Shown here in pieces: positions 52,870-63,489 of a DNA stretch of 64,000 nucleotides (positions within the stretch are counted from its first letter, which is position 1; each line of letters starts with the position of its first letter). Under the pieces are notes generated by a model. It was not told the DNA's origin. It ran no database searches and saw only the letters and a list, made by a program, of their open reading frames with translations. Where the stretch lies: the NCBI GenBank assembly GCA_963791045.1, contig CAWBQK010000011.1, positions 224,001 to 288,000 on the forward strand, read 5' to 3'. This DNA comes from Candidatus Latescibacterota bacterium (GTDB lineage: Bacteria > Krumholzibacteriota > Krumholzibacteriia > WVZY01). Position numbers and translations under genes: made by a program.

Positions 52870-53868
52870 GCGCCATCCCTTTGCCTTATTAGTTTTGAAC
52901 CGAAATCAGGACGCGACAGTGGTCTAGTGCCATTTTTGTCTATTTGGATCCGGCGCGACGGGCCGTCCAATATGTCCTTGAGCGCTGCGTCCAGCTTAGG
53001 ATAGGCAAACGCGAACCCGTTGGCGAGCGGCTTTTCGGGGAGAACTCTTTTGCTGTTTAGGACTTCTGATGCTATCCCCCCGAAAAGCCTGAGAATGAAC
53101 CGCGGTATGTTGACCAGCGGCCGCTTTTCGATAGCGCGTGAAAGAGATTCAGTGAATTCGGCCTGACCCGACGGGATGGGGCGCGACTGCGTTGAGAGGC
53201 CCGTTTATCCCGCTTCCCAGAGCAAAAATAATCAATCGGGCAACGTCTTCGATGTGAACCCAGGGCCACCACTGCGCTCCGCCGCCCATGCGGCCGAACA
53301 ATCCGGCTCGAGCCGCAGTGAGCAGCGATTGGAGCATCCCGCCGCCCCGGCCAAGTACGAGGCCGATTCGAACGGGGACGACGCGTACGCCCATTTTCGT
53401 TGCTTTCATGGCCTCGAATTCCCATTCCTGGCAGACTTCGGACAGAAAATCTCCTCCGTGTGGAGACGAGTTTTCCGTCAGCCGGTCGTCGTCCCGACTG
53501 CCGTAGTAGCCCACTCCGCTCGCAGTGATCAGCACTCTCGGGCGAAGGGAGACTTTCCCGAGTGCCGAAACGAGCTTCATGGTTCCCGCAACCCGACTCT
53601 CTCTAATCGCACGCTTCTTCGCGGGGGTCCAAAGACCGACGACGCTTTCTCCCGCGAGATGAATTATTGCGTCCGCCCCCTCGAGAATTGAAGGGGACAG
53701 GTCCGCATTGATTGGATCCCATTCGACGAAACGGTCAACATAAGTGTTTTCGCGTCGTGTGACTTCGGCGTTGCGTGTCAAACCGGTTATCACATGCCCG
53801 GCCTCCGACAGCTTCTCGCACAAGTGTCTCCCGACAAAACCTGTTGCTCCTGTAACGATGATTTTAAT
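52866..53868 (-). CDS. TIGR01777/YfcH-like NAD-dependent epimerase; frameshift at ~53168; apparent ATT start
   Basis: IKIIVTGATGFVG after AAGGA, HLAGE, WPWVHIED. Confidence 0.82.
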
Positions 53869-54009
53869 TTTGTTCCTTTAGAATTGTTGCGATGCTCTTT
53901 ATCAATTATCAAAAGCCGGGCCTCGGATAGTCATCCCCACTGAGTTTTAAAACCCCATGACTAACCACAAACCCGGCCTTTGGATCGCGTCAAGAGGTGA
54001 AGAACTCGA

Positions 54010-54474
54010 TCAAGTACCCCTTGTTCTTAATGTTCCCAACCCTCCATCGACACCAAAAACCTGACCCGTCACCCAATCGTTTGTTGGCGCTAACAACCAT
54101 TCGATCATCGATGCCACATCATCCGGTTTTCCAATTCTCCCCAGTGCGTGCATCGCGGTGGAAGTCTTGAGCGCTCTTTCGCTCGTCGTGATTCGCGATG
54201 TCGCCGGGGTGTCTACCATTCCCGGAGCGACACAGTTCACGATTCCAGCGATTCCCCCAAGCGCTTCGGCGGATTCGGCGATCAGGCCTTCAACCTGGCC
54301 GGCGTCGGTGGCGTCGGCGACCATTGGAATTGACCCGGTGGCCTGCGCGAGCAACTCAATCTTCTCGGGGGCGCGTCCGGCGGCGACTACGTCGGCGCCT
54401 CGGGAACGGAGCCGTTGGGTGAGCGTTGTCCCAACTCCCCCCGAGGCGCCGAAAACCACATATCCAGCCATCAT
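54010..54474 (-). pseudogene. SDR oxidoreductase with an in-frame internal deletion
   Basis: GASGGVG N-part runs directly into VNCVAPG..VDGG; YxxxK catalytic segment absent. Confidence 0.75.
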
Positions 54475-54660
54475 TTCATCTCCAAGGGTTTATTTAGTAA
54501 CAACTTAAGGTATCTCGACTTTTAATTGGCCTTGATGCACAATCTGTGTACTGCTTATGAGTCGCACTTTTGTCTATTAAATTACATAGAAAATAATGGA
54601 CAAATCCTGGACAGAGTGGCTGCCGCAGCCTGTGCTGTAACGTAAACATGTGAATGCGGG

Positions 54661-56091
54661 CTATTGTTTGTTTGGAGCGATGGCGCTGAACAGCGGGTTT
54701 GCAACGAGGGAGACGAGCATACCAATGGTGCCTGCTTCGGGTGACGATGAACCATTTATGTAAAGCGCGAGGCAGGTGCCGAGACCGAGCACTGCGGATG
54801 CGATCGCACCGACCTTGTTGACCTTTTTTGTAAATAGCCCCCAAATAAATGGACCGAGAAATACGGATCCGATTGCGCCCCATGACACGGCAAGAATCGC
54901 GACGATCGTCGCCGGTTTGAAATACGCGAGCACGACAGAGAGTGCGATAAAAATTGTGCTGCAAATCCGCATCATCGTAGTGAGTTTCTTGTCGTCGGCG
55001 TTCTTGCCGATAAATCCCGCGTACAGATCTTTTACAACCGATGAGCTCGATACGAGAACCAACGCGGCGAGAGTCGACATCGATGCGGACAGGATGAGAA
55101 GCAGCATCAGCACGGAGAGTGACTCCGGGACAACCTGGACGAGAAGCTCCGGCATCAGCGCGTCAAACACGGGCTTTCCGTCGTTGAACGCGGCTGGCGC
55201 GTTTTCCGGCGACAAGAAAAGGCGCGTGGTCGCGCCCGCGAAGTACGCGATCCCCGCTATCAAGATCGCGAAAAGGGTCGACGCGATCATTCCGATTCGT
55301 ATCGAGCGTTTGTCCTTTATCGCGTAGAACTTTTGCACCAGTTGGGGCATCCCCAGCGGCGCGATACTGGTGAGAAAAACAAGACAGAAGAGTGGCCACC
55401 ATCCCGGGGGGCCGACGACGCGCGTCAGATCGGGATGAATTTGGGTAAGTCCCTGGGTAATGTTCGCGAGCCCGCCTCCATGGTGGAGCGTGTATCCGAA
55501 CAGGATAACGACACCGGCGATCATTATCTGTCCGAATACTACATCGATCATCGCCATCGACCGGTAGCCGCCCATCACCATATACATGGCGGTGAACCAG
55601 CCCATCAACGCCAGCGCCGACGTGTACTGTATATTAAAATTTGATTTGAAGAGATAGGACAGCCCCATGAAAACAGCGGCTGAGTAGGGGACAAAGAAAA
55701 CAAAGATGGCCAGCGCGGCGAAGAGTTTCAAGAACCGGCTTCCGTACCGTTTTTCCAGGAATTCGGGCATCGTGTGGACGTCGTACTCCAGCGACATTTT
55801 TTTGATCCGATGGCCAACGAGCCCCCAAACGGCCAGCACGCCGATCAACGAGTTCCCGACGGCAATCCAGAGGCCCGAATACCCGAAACCCCATCCGATT
55901 TTGCCCGCGAAGCCAATGAACAAGACGGCGGAAAAGTATGCCGTCGCGTACGTAAACGCCGTCATCCACGGGCCGACGTTACCGCCGCCAAGAAAGAAGT
56001 CCGAGAACGAACGCGTCCTTCGCATCCCAACCACGCCCACCGCGATTATCATCACCGCGTACAGGACTATAACAACCACTTTGACGATCAT
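54661..56091 (-). CDS. sodium:solute symporter (PutP/PanF-like)
   Basis: multi-TM, DFFLGG, SASMSTL. Confidence 0.92.
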   Translation of the reverse strand: MIVKVVVIVLYAVMIIAVGVVGMRRTRSFSDFFLGGGNVGPWMTAFTYATAYFSAVLFIGFAGKIGWGFGYSGLWIAVGNSLIGVLAVWGLVGHRIKKMSLEYDVHTMPEFLEKRYGSRFLKLFAALAIFVFFVPYSAAVFMGLSYLFKSNFNIQYTSALALMGWFTAMYMVMGGYRSMAMIDVVFGQIMIAGVVILFGYTLHHGGGLANITQGLTQIHPDLTRVVGPPGWWPLFCLVFLTSIAPLGMPQLVQKFYAIKDKRSIRIGMIASTLFAILIAGIAYFAGATTRLFLSPENAPAAFNDGKPVFDALMPELLVQVVPESLSVLMLLLILSASMSTLAALVLVSSSSVVKDLYAGFIGKNADDKKLTTMMRICSTIFIALSVVLAYFKPATIVAILAVSWGAIGSVFLGPFIWGLFTKKVNKVGAIASAVLGLGTCLALYINGSSSPEAGTIGMLVSLVANPLFSAIAPNKQ

Positions 56092-56164
56092 TCGTTAACC
56101 CTTCCTGGAATGTGCCCGCCCGCCGCCGCGTGTCGTCCAGTGAACGCCAACCCGTCCACAAGAA

Positions 56165-57463
56165 TCAAAAATCGAGATCGACTTCCCAGAACGCCTCGGT
56201 CGCGGGGTCATTCCGGTCGACAAACGCGCTTCCGGGGTCGATCATGGCGGCGTAAACAGCGACTGAGACGTGTTTTGAATATCGGTACTTTCCGAAGAAC
56301 TGATAGTAATCCCCAAAATCATCGCTGGTTCCCGCCGTGTACCGATCCACGAAGATTTTCGAATAAGACAGCCGCGCCGTCAACGATTCGATTGGCTGAA
56401 AGCCGATTCCGCCGCCGAACATATTGAAATTCGAATAGACCGCCTCGCCGCCGACCGTGCTCCCGGAATTGTACTTTGGATCATAGATCGCGATCGAGTT
56501 ATTCGAACCGACATTGACGTATTTCCAAACGAGAAGATCGCCGTACTGCGGCCAACCGCCATAGAACACGTCCCAAGCCTCGTTCTTGTCTTCCGTGCAC
56601 GAATGGTCCCCGGATAATCTCACAAACTGTCCCCACAGCCGAGGCCGAGTCGCGACTTCTTTGAACCGGAAACCGGCGTCGAGTTTGAAACCGTATGCGT
56701 CCTGATCGACTCCCGTCATGAATTTCCCCATCTGCCACGCGCCCTCGGCCTGGTAGTCAAATCCGATTCCGTAGGTCTTCGAGAGCCGAGCCCCGGCCAT
56801 GTAGATGTCCTTGCCGATCAGCTCGTCGTGTCGGTTGAGCGCGTAGACTTCCTGCTTACCGACAGGGTTGGAGTAGTCCGCCGTGAAATAGAGACCGGCC
56901 ATGGTGATGTCGTCGGGTGACGTGTTGTCGCGCGCTTTCTCTTTCTCCTTCAAATACATCGCATCGAGGCTCAAGCCTTCGCGAATTCGCCACGCGAGTT
57001 TGACCCCGTCAAAATACAATGAGGTGGAAGCAAACTGGGACTGCCCGTCGAAAAGCACCCATCCCGCACCGTACATCGCGGACTGTCTGCCGAAACGAAT
57101 GTCGATCGGTTTGTCGAATACATTGCGGATGTCGACATAGGCGGCGTCGACAAAAAACTTATTGCTGCGGTTGTCCGATTCCCACTGGCCGTCGTATGTC
57201 ACGCCCTCGCCGAAATTCTGATTTCCAAAACGAATGTATGCCTGAATATCCTCGTCGACGTCGACCGAAAAGAATATACGGGTCCGTTGCCGGAATGTGG
57301 TCCACTGGTCCCAGTTGTTCGAGTCGTCGAAGTCCCACATGTTATTGAGATAGTACCCGCGCATCCGTACCTCGCCGCCAAACTTGACATCCTTCATGTC
57401 GACCGCGAACGATGTCCCGCAGATGAAGAGCAGCAGCGCCGCACAAATATGTCGTGATTTCAC
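56165..57463 (-). CDS. outer-membrane beta-barrel, alginate-export (AlgE) family-like
   Basis: signal peptide, GEVRMR, GRQ...G.G, FDG, terminal Phe. Confidence 0.8.
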   Translation of the reverse strand: MKSRHICAALLLFICGTSFAVDMKDVKFGGEVRMRGYYLNNMWDFDDSNNWDQWTTFRQRTRIFFSVDVDEDIQAYIRFGNQNFGEGVTYDGQWESDNRSNKFFVDAAYVDIRNVFDKPIDIRFGRQSAMYGAGWVLFDGQSQFASTSLYFDGVKLAWRIREGLSLDAMYLKEKEKARDNTSPDDITMAGLYFTADYSNPVGKQEVYALNRHDELIGKDIYMAGARLSKTYGIGFDYQAEGAWQMGKFMTGVDQDAYGFKLDAGFRFKEVATRPRLWGQFVRLSGDHSCTEDKNEAWDVFYGGWPQYGDLLVWKYVNVGSNNSIAIYDPKYNSGSTVGGEAVYSNFNMFGGGIGFQPIESLTARLSYSKIFVDRYTAGTSDDFGDYYQFFGKYRYSKHVSVAVYAAMIDPGSAFVDRNDPATEAFWEVDLDF

Positions 57464-57654
57464 GGTTCCTCCCGGGTGTGAATGTCAAACAGCCTGAAAT
57501 GAGAGCGAGCGACAACCAGCGCCAGTCATCACGATTCGATCAATGAAGGCCATTGTTGAAAACGCAATCGTTCGCCGGTTTGTGCGGCGATGGCGGTGGA
57601 TGCCGCTCGCACGGGTTCGGGGCTTGACGAGCGTAAATCCCTACAGAGAATTAC

Positions 57655-59301
57655 TTAGAATTTTTCGTCGTACTTTGTCCAAAGCTCGTCGCCGAGTGTC
57701 CAGGCCCTCTCAACCACTCGATCTCCCCACTCGATTCCGTATTCGGTCAGATATTTTCGTGCTTTTTTGTCGTTCTTCTCCAGGAGTCGGACCGCTTCTG
57801 ACTCGACGGCCGCCTGGTTGTCGAACAGTTCTTTTTGCATCGGTCCCCATACGGCGGTGACGTCGTGGCGCATGTCGCCCCAACGCTGCGCGGTCAATGT
57901 GCCCAGACGGTTGAACGCCCACCACGCCGAATCATGGGTATATCCGGTTACCCTTCCCGGTGTCTTGTAGAAATCCGAGACATCGGTCACCGAACAGTAG
58001 ATCGGGACATAAATCGAAGACGCGACATTATCCATCCCTATCCATGAGACTCCGCCGACCTCGTCGGGGAGCCAGTCGCGCGACTGGGTGATCGTGGCAT
58101 ACATCGTGTACCAGCGTGCGATCGTTCTCTCGCCGCGCCAGCTCCAACCGCCGTTTATGTCGAATATCTTATTCATGTCGTAGGGCATGAACGGGTTGGC
58201 CAGCGGGGAGATTTCGTGTTTTCCATCCTCGTTTACCCACGTGATGTTTTTGACGAAATTATAATCGGTGCCCTCATAGTAATCCTGAAACATCCGGACC
58301 ATCTTTTCGAGGGTGATGAGCGTGTCCGGTTTGACCGAGAAAGGGAACAGGTTCGAATTGGCGTGAAGACCGGCTGACGGCGCGCTCAGGTCGAGAACGC
58401 GCCACTCCCGCCGCGTTGCGGCGTACGACCGCCGGCCATCCGGATCGTACGAGTAACAGTAACTAAACGGACCCTCTTCCGGATTCCACCATCCGCTGTC
58501 CTGCGCCATGGTTGTGACGTGTTTGGCCGCCATGAAATACTCGGTATCCTCGAAGTCGATTGTATGGATCCGGCTCGCGTTGGCGCTTACACACACCTCG
58601 TCATCGGGCACACGCTGAGCGGCCCAAATCGAGCCGCGGTTGCCCTTGCCGGCGCCTGTGACTTCGAAATGCCATGCCTCGTCGGGATCGCAGAACGAAA
58701 GACACTCGCCGACATCCGTCCATCCATATTTCTCGGTCAGTTCGCCCGCCATTTTCACTGCTTCCCTCGCCGTTTCACAGCGTTCGAGGAGAAGCTGAAC
58801 GAGCTGCTGGCAGTCGATAAGCCCGTTGTCGGATTGGAGCGACTCGCGCCCGCCAAAAGTGGATTCACCTATCGCGAGCTGTTTGTCGTTCATGCATGGA
58901 TACGCTGTATTTATAAACCCATGTGTATATTCAGCTTGTGGGATTTCTCCGACGGTCGGGTGCATGTAGCCGGGCATGGCCAGCGTATCGCATTTCATCC
59001 GCCTGACCATCGTCGCCATCGAGCCCTTCTTGTGCTTTTTTGCCGGGACAATGTTGAACCACGAACGCGTCCGATGGCTGTCACATGTGTGTGATGTCAT
59101 AACGGAACCGTCGGCGGACGCCTTTTTGCCGACCGTAATAATAGTGCATTCATCTACGCGTTTATCAACGGGGTACGGATTATTGGATTTTTCGGTTCCC
59201 CCGGCCGCTCCCGCGAAGAGGGCGACGGCCACGAATGCCGTCACCGGCCAGATCATGTTCTTGTGAAAGTCGAATGCGCGTTTGATGGTGAAGCCTCCCA
59301 T
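57655..59301 (-). CDS. secreted C69 dipeptidase (Ntn hydrolase); start uncertain
   Basis: CTIITVGKKASADGS, AIGESTF, WAAQRVPDD. Confidence 0.9.
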   Translation of the reverse strand: MGGFTIKRAFDFHKNMIWPVTAFVAVALFAGAAGGTEKSNNPYPVDKRVDECTIITVGKKASADGSVMTSHTCDSHRTRSWFNIVPAKKHKKGSMATMVRRMKCDTLAMPGYMHPTVGEIPQAEYTHGFINTAYPCMNDKQLAIGESTFGGRESLQSDNGLIDCQQLVQLLLERCETAREAVKMAGELTEKYGWTDVGECLSFCDPDEAWHFEVTGAGKGNRGSIWAAQRVPDDEVCVSANASRIHTIDFEDTEYFMAAKHVTTMAQDSGWWNPEEGPFSYCYSYDPDGRRSYAATRREWRVLDLSAPSAGLHANSNLFPFSVKPDTLITLEKMVRMFQDYYEGTDYNFVKNITWVNEDGKHEISPLANPFMPYDMNKIFDINGGWSWRGERTIARWYTMYATITQSRDWLPDEVGGVSWIGMDNVASSIYVPIYCSVTDVSDFYKTPGRVTGYTHDSAWWAFNRLGTLTAQRWGDMRHDVTAVWGPMQKELFDNQAAVESEAVRLLEKNDKKARKYLTEYGIEWGDRVVERAWTLGDELWTKYDEKF

Positions 59302-59309
59302 GGTTGAAT

Positions 59310-59660
59310 CTACTTGGACGATTCCGTGTTTTCGCCTTCCGGCGTATCCGCCCTTTTGATGGCGAGGGCGCGTGTCAGTTCGGTTATCGACTCCTGGAGT
59401 TCGCGTATTCGCGAATACAGCAGCATGCACACAAAGGCAAGACCGAGAATGGTCAGATAAAAAAACAAATCGACGCCGCGGCCGACGCCAACGGCGTTCG
59501 CCACTGTCGTGGTAAAATCGGGAACGACGGTCATAACAATACCCAGGGCCGCAAAAAATAAAACGATCAAACGATCGAGCACACCGGTGCGAAGGCGGCT
59601 GAAATACGCGTAAGTCCCGGCGATCAACAACACGATGAGAATAAATTGGACCGGTCTCAT
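59310..59660 (-). CDS. DUF2304-like membrane protein
   Basis: ANAVGVGRGVDL, ITELTRALAI; coupled to the GT2 gene. Confidence 0.85.
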   Translation of the reverse strand: MRPVQFILIVLLIAGTYAYFSRLRTGVLDRLIVLFFAALGIVMTVVPDFTTTVANAVGVGRGVDLFFYLTILGLAFVCMLLYSRIRELQESITELTRALAIKRADTPEGENTESSK

Positions 59661-60340
59661 CGAAAAATCCTCCTCAGCAACATGTCCATCACGATCTTGA
59701 TCGAGTTCCACATCGATTGGCCTTTGGCCCTGGAATAGTCAGTATAAACGATTGCCGTTGGGCGTTCGACAACTCTGAGTTTGTTGTGCCGGATCTGCGC
59801 AAGGATCTCCGAAGCGTGGGCAAAGCGATTCTCCTGAAGATCCAGTTTGCGGGCGGCATCGGCCGTCATTGCGCGAAAGCCGTTGTGAGCGTCGGTCAGC
59901 CGAACTCCGGTCAGAACCCAGTTTACAAAAACGCCTGTCTTGAGCAGCAGCCTCTTCACCGATGGGACCGCGGCGCGATCCTCGTCGCGAAGGAAGCGCG
60001 AGCCAAGAACGACATCCGCCTCGCCCTTCTCGAGTGGTTCAAGGAGAACGGGAATGTCGGCGGCGTTGTGTTGTCCGTCGGCGTCGAAGTGGACAAGGTA
60101 CGCGGCCTTTTTGCAGAGAGCGAATGACATCCCCGTCTGGAGCGATGCCCCCTGACCGAGATTTATGGCATGATGAAGCGAATAAACGGGAAGCGACCTG
60201 ATGACGGCGAGGCCGTTGTCGGTGGACGCGTCGTCAACACACACAACCGAGTACCCTTTATCGAGAAGGGACTCGAGGGATGATGCAATGACGGCGCCTT
60301 CATTGTAGAGAGGCACGACGATAAATACGGAACTGTTCAT
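59657..60340 (-). CDS. GT2 glycosyltransferase (DPM1-like)
   Basis: PLYNE, DDASTD, FDADGQH, GSRF, TDAHNGFRA. Confidence 0.93.
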   Translation of the reverse strand: MNSSVFIVVPLYNEGAVIASSLESLLDKGYSVVCVDDASTDNGLAVIRSLPVYSLHHAINLGQGASLQTGMSFALCKKAAYLVHFDADGQHNAADIPVLLEPLEKGEADVVLGSRFLRDEDRAAVPSVKRLLLKTGVFVNWVLTGVRLTDAHNGFRAMTADAARKLDLQENRFAHASEILAQIRHNKLRVVERPTAIVYTDYSRAKGQSMWNSIKIVMDMLLRRIFR

Positions 60341-60427
60341 ACCCCATCAGGATACACATTCCAAGCGTGTGGGTCAGTGATATTCTACGCCGGAGAAGAA
60401 GATTCGAAGAAGAGTTGAAATGCGGCG

Positions 60428-61147
60428 TTAGCGTTTGAGCGGTTTGAGGGCGATCTCGACGGCCTTTTTGTTTCGTTTGGGGTTTGTAAACAATTCCTGC
60501 CGGGGGACATTTTCAAAATCTTTCCCCGATATTCTCGATAGCGCCTCGATTCCGCCGGCGCTCGAATAAAGCTCGGTCCCGTCTTCGTCCCGGATGCTGA
60601 CGATAAGCGACAACGCACCGATAATTCCGCGCTGCGAACCGGAGAACACCGATGACATCGGTCCGCCGGAGTCAATCCGCTGCGAGGCGCCGTCCCAAAC
60701 AGCGTTGCCCGCGGCGAACTCCGCCTCGACCACAACAATATCCGGAATCAGTACGGCATTGAGCTCGAAACCTGCTTTCAACGTGTCGAGCGTCGCGAAC
60801 ATCGCCTGTGTCAATTTGACCTGATTGCGGAGCCCCGTATCCGGATCGTGAATTCCGCCCAACTGCGAACAGACTCTCTCCCAAACGGTCGTATATTCCT
60901 CCGGGCGGAGAACGGTATAGCCGTAACTCCTGAGGCGCTCCTCGATCATCTCCTCAAACTCGATCTGGATCGCCTCCGCATCGGGAAGTCCCTCGGTAAT
61001 TGTGACCGGGGCCAGCGCGATGATCTTGACCGTGTTCTTGAATTCCTTCTTGGGGACGAGATACGGATCGGTTTTGACAACCTTCGGTTTGGTCGAACAG
61101 CCGGCCACAAAAAAGGCCGCGAGCAGTATAATTACAATCGTTCGCAT
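60428..61147 (-). CDS. hypothetical lipoprotein
   Basis: lipobox VAGC. Confidence 0.75.
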   Translation of the reverse strand: MRTIVIILLAAFFVAGCSTKPKVVKTDPYLVPKKEFKNTVKIIALAPVTITEGLPDAEAIQIEFEEMIEERLRSYGYTVLRPEEYTTVWERVCSQLGGIHDPDTGLRNQVKLTQAMFATLDTLKAGFELNAVLIPDIVVVEAEFAAGNAVWDGASQRIDSGGPMSSVFSGSQRGIIGALSLIVSIRDEDGTELYSSAGGIEALSRISGKDFENVPRQELFTNPKRNKKAVEIALKPLKR

Positions 61148-61317
61148 CGACTGTCCTCTGGGAAACGAGACGGGGTTCTACCCAGCGGGTAGCTTAACGT
61201 GGGGTGACTGGCGTGTCAATGGTTTCAAAAATCGCTCGTCGACACGCGAAATCCGTTCTATATCAATGTGGTGAAAAGGGAAGCTCAGGTCAATGTCTTA
61301 TTCTCGCGTTTGTCCCG

Positions 61318-62763
61318 TTACGCGCGGCGAAAGGGCTGACGTTTGCCGTAGGTAAGCGATCGCCACACCCACTCCATAGGTCCGAACCGGAATTTCCCGA
61401 GCCAGAGGGGTGAAAGAACGAGCTGGCAGGCACAAATCGCCAGGACGATAAGCAATTGTTCGGTTCGTTCAACCCGTCCGTACAATCCAAAACCGTGGCC
61501 GTAGAATATTGTCGTGCAAATGATCGTTTGCATCAAATAGTTGGTCAGGGCCATTCGCCCCACGGCGGCAAGACGCGAAGTGAGTGGGGTCAGCACACCG
61601 TTGTTGACGAGGAGCATGATGCCGCCCGCGTATCCCAGGCACGTGAGAACACTCCCCCAGTAATTGTATTGTGTGCCTTTGAAAAAAGAATACTCAATCG
61701 CCCAGTCGTGTCGGAACTGCTGATGAATTCCAAAGCCGACCACGGGGAGCCCCACGAGGAGTCCCACACCAAGAAGAGCGAGATAGAAACTGTTGGATCG
61801 ACTTGCCGCCAGGACTCCCGACTTGAACAGGCCCATTCCGAGGAGCATCAGGCCGCTCACCCGCCAGATCCCCCAAAAAAAGAACACCGACGTCTGCATC
61901 CCCAGCGAGTAGGGGGCACGAAATGCAACCTGACTGAGCCAGCCGCCTCGGTGCGCCGCGATATCCCGCGCGATGTCTTCGGAAGTCGGGTTGAACCCTT
62001 TGACGAACTCGGCCATCGCCTCGGGCGGCCAATGCGGCATCGACCACCCGGAGACCACAAACAGGGCCGATCCGACCGCCAGCCCTCCGATACCCATGGC
62101 GATCAGGGTCGTCGCGCGGCGGTTTCTAAAAAGATAGACAAGCAAACCACACATCGAATACCACACGAGGATGTCGCCGTTCCAGAAAAGGTACGCATGG
62201 CACAGTCCGATCACCAGGAGAACGAGCATCCGCCTGTAGTGGAGGGGGGCGGACCGTACGCCCTTAGCCTCGGTCCGGCCGGACATAAGGAGAATGCCGG
62301 CGCCGAAGAGCATCGAGAATATCGCCATGAATTTGTATTCGAAGAACAGGTCGTTGGCATACCAGGCCCAGTAGTTCAAACCCTCGAGGCTGCCGTACGC
62401 GGTCGGATTCACCCATGTCGCGTCATTCATCGAAAAGCCTTCGATGTTGACAACGAGGATGCCAAAAAGCGCGAACCCCCTGAGGGCGTCAATGGCGGTG
62501 ATGCGCTCGGCTCCGCCGACCGGTGCGGCCGTCCTCTCAGCCGGTGCGTGTTCGGGCTTCGCCGTCGGCGTGTCGTCACTCGCCTCGAATCCCTCGCACA
62601 CACTCACGGGAAGCGGTGGGTATCTCAAAAAGCGGGGGTCGTTGGCCGCCCGCCGGCACATATAAAAGACGGATCCCTTCGAAGAACGGATAATCCGGAC
62701 GTGGCGGCACCGGGCGCACAGGCCCGCCTGCCTGTCGGCATCAGATGTCTGGTTGGCAGTCAT
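61318..62763 (-). CDS. DUF418/YeiB membrane protein with an N-terminal Cys4 domain
   Basis: IDALRGFALFGILVVN, GRMALTNY, GPMEWVWRSLTY; CARC..C..C extension. Confidence 0.88.
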   Translation of the reverse strand: MTANQTSDADRQAGLCARCRHVRIIRSSKGSVFYMCRRAANDPRFLRYPPLPVSVCEGFEASDDTPTAKPEHAPAERTAAPVGGAERITAIDALRGFALFGILVVNIEGFSMNDATWVNPTAYGSLEGLNYWAWYANDLFFEYKFMAIFSMLFGAGILLMSGRTEAKGVRSAPLHYRRMLVLLVIGLCHAYLFWNGDILVWYSMCGLLVYLFRNRRATTLIAMGIGGLAVGSALFVVSGWSMPHWPPEAMAEFVKGFNPTSEDIARDIAAHRGGWLSQVAFRAPYSLGMQTSVFFFWGIWRVSGLMLLGMGLFKSGVLAASRSNSFYLALLGVGLLVGLPVVGFGIHQQFRHDWAIEYSFFKGTQYNYWGSVLTCLGYAGGIMLLVNNGVLTPLTSRLAAVGRMALTNYLMQTIICTTIFYGHGFGLYGRVERTEQLLIVLAICACQLVLSPLWLGKFRFGPMEWVWRSLTYGKRQPFRRA

Positions 62764-62936
62764 GCTCCGAAGAGCGTACCAGATTGGCGTGGATCGCATC
62801 AATCCCTCCGACTCCCGATGTGCCGTTCTTAAACCGATTGTCACCGCCCATCATCTCTATTATGATGAAATCAAACACAGCGGCGATGCCGCGATAGCCA
62901 CCGGTTAAACACAGCTACCCATCGGAGAAATCACAG

Positions 62937-63461
62937 ATGCCCGAGCTTTCCCCTGCCGAACAGAAATTTATTCTCCATTGGGGAGAAATGGGCACCCGGT
63001 GGGGAATCAGCCGGACGGTCGCCCAGATCCATGCCCTCCTCTACCTCTCTCCCAATCCACTTACCGCTGAAGAGATTGCGACCACACTCTCCGTCGCGCG
63101 TTCGAATGTAAGCACAAGCTTGAGGGAACTCCAGACCTGGGGGCTGGTGAGCGTTGGGCACGTTCTCGGTGACCGCAAAGACCGCTACGAATCGATGCAG
63201 GATGTGTGGGAGCTATTCAAGGTGATCATCGATGGGCGAAAACGCCGCGAGGTCGATCCCACGCTGGCCGTCCTTCGACAGAGCGTCGCGGAGCTGAACG
63301 AATCTCCTTCGGCCGAGACGTTCACCAAGCAGAGGCTCCAGGAGATGCTCGAGTTCTTCGAAATCATGACGAAATCGTACGAACAAGTTCGCGAGATGCC
63401 AAAAGAAGAACTACTGAAACTTCTCAAGTTGGGGGACAAATTGAGAAAGCTGTTCGGCTGA
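62937..63461 (+). CDS. GbsR/MarR-family transcriptional regulator
   Basis: FILHWGEMG.RWG.SRTVAQIHALL, ARSNVSTSL. Confidence 0.92.
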   Translation: MPELSPAEQKFILHWGEMGTRWGISRTVAQIHALLYLSPNPLTAEEIATTLSVARSNVSTSLRELQTWGLVSVGHVLGDRKDRYESMQDVWELFKVIIDGRKRREVDPTLAVLRQSVAELNESPSAETFTKQRLQEMLEFFEIMTKSYEQVREMPKEELLKLLKLGDKLRKLFG

Positions 63462-63489
63462 GGGCGGCTGAGCACCTCCCCCTCGTATA

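Noticed and set aside
2851-53170. Many split genes read as pseudogenes or programmed frameshifts (2854, 5503, 7200, 8895, 27960-28520, 29868, 30751, 53168)
   Set aside because: Most are +/-1 changes at short G/C runs in unrelated genes with intact motifs and no slippery heptamer, which is typical of long-read indel errors.
61456-62832. Long antisense ORFs (also 12946..14331, 19793..20899, 45841..46974)
   Set aside because: Shadow frames of well-supported GC-rich genes.
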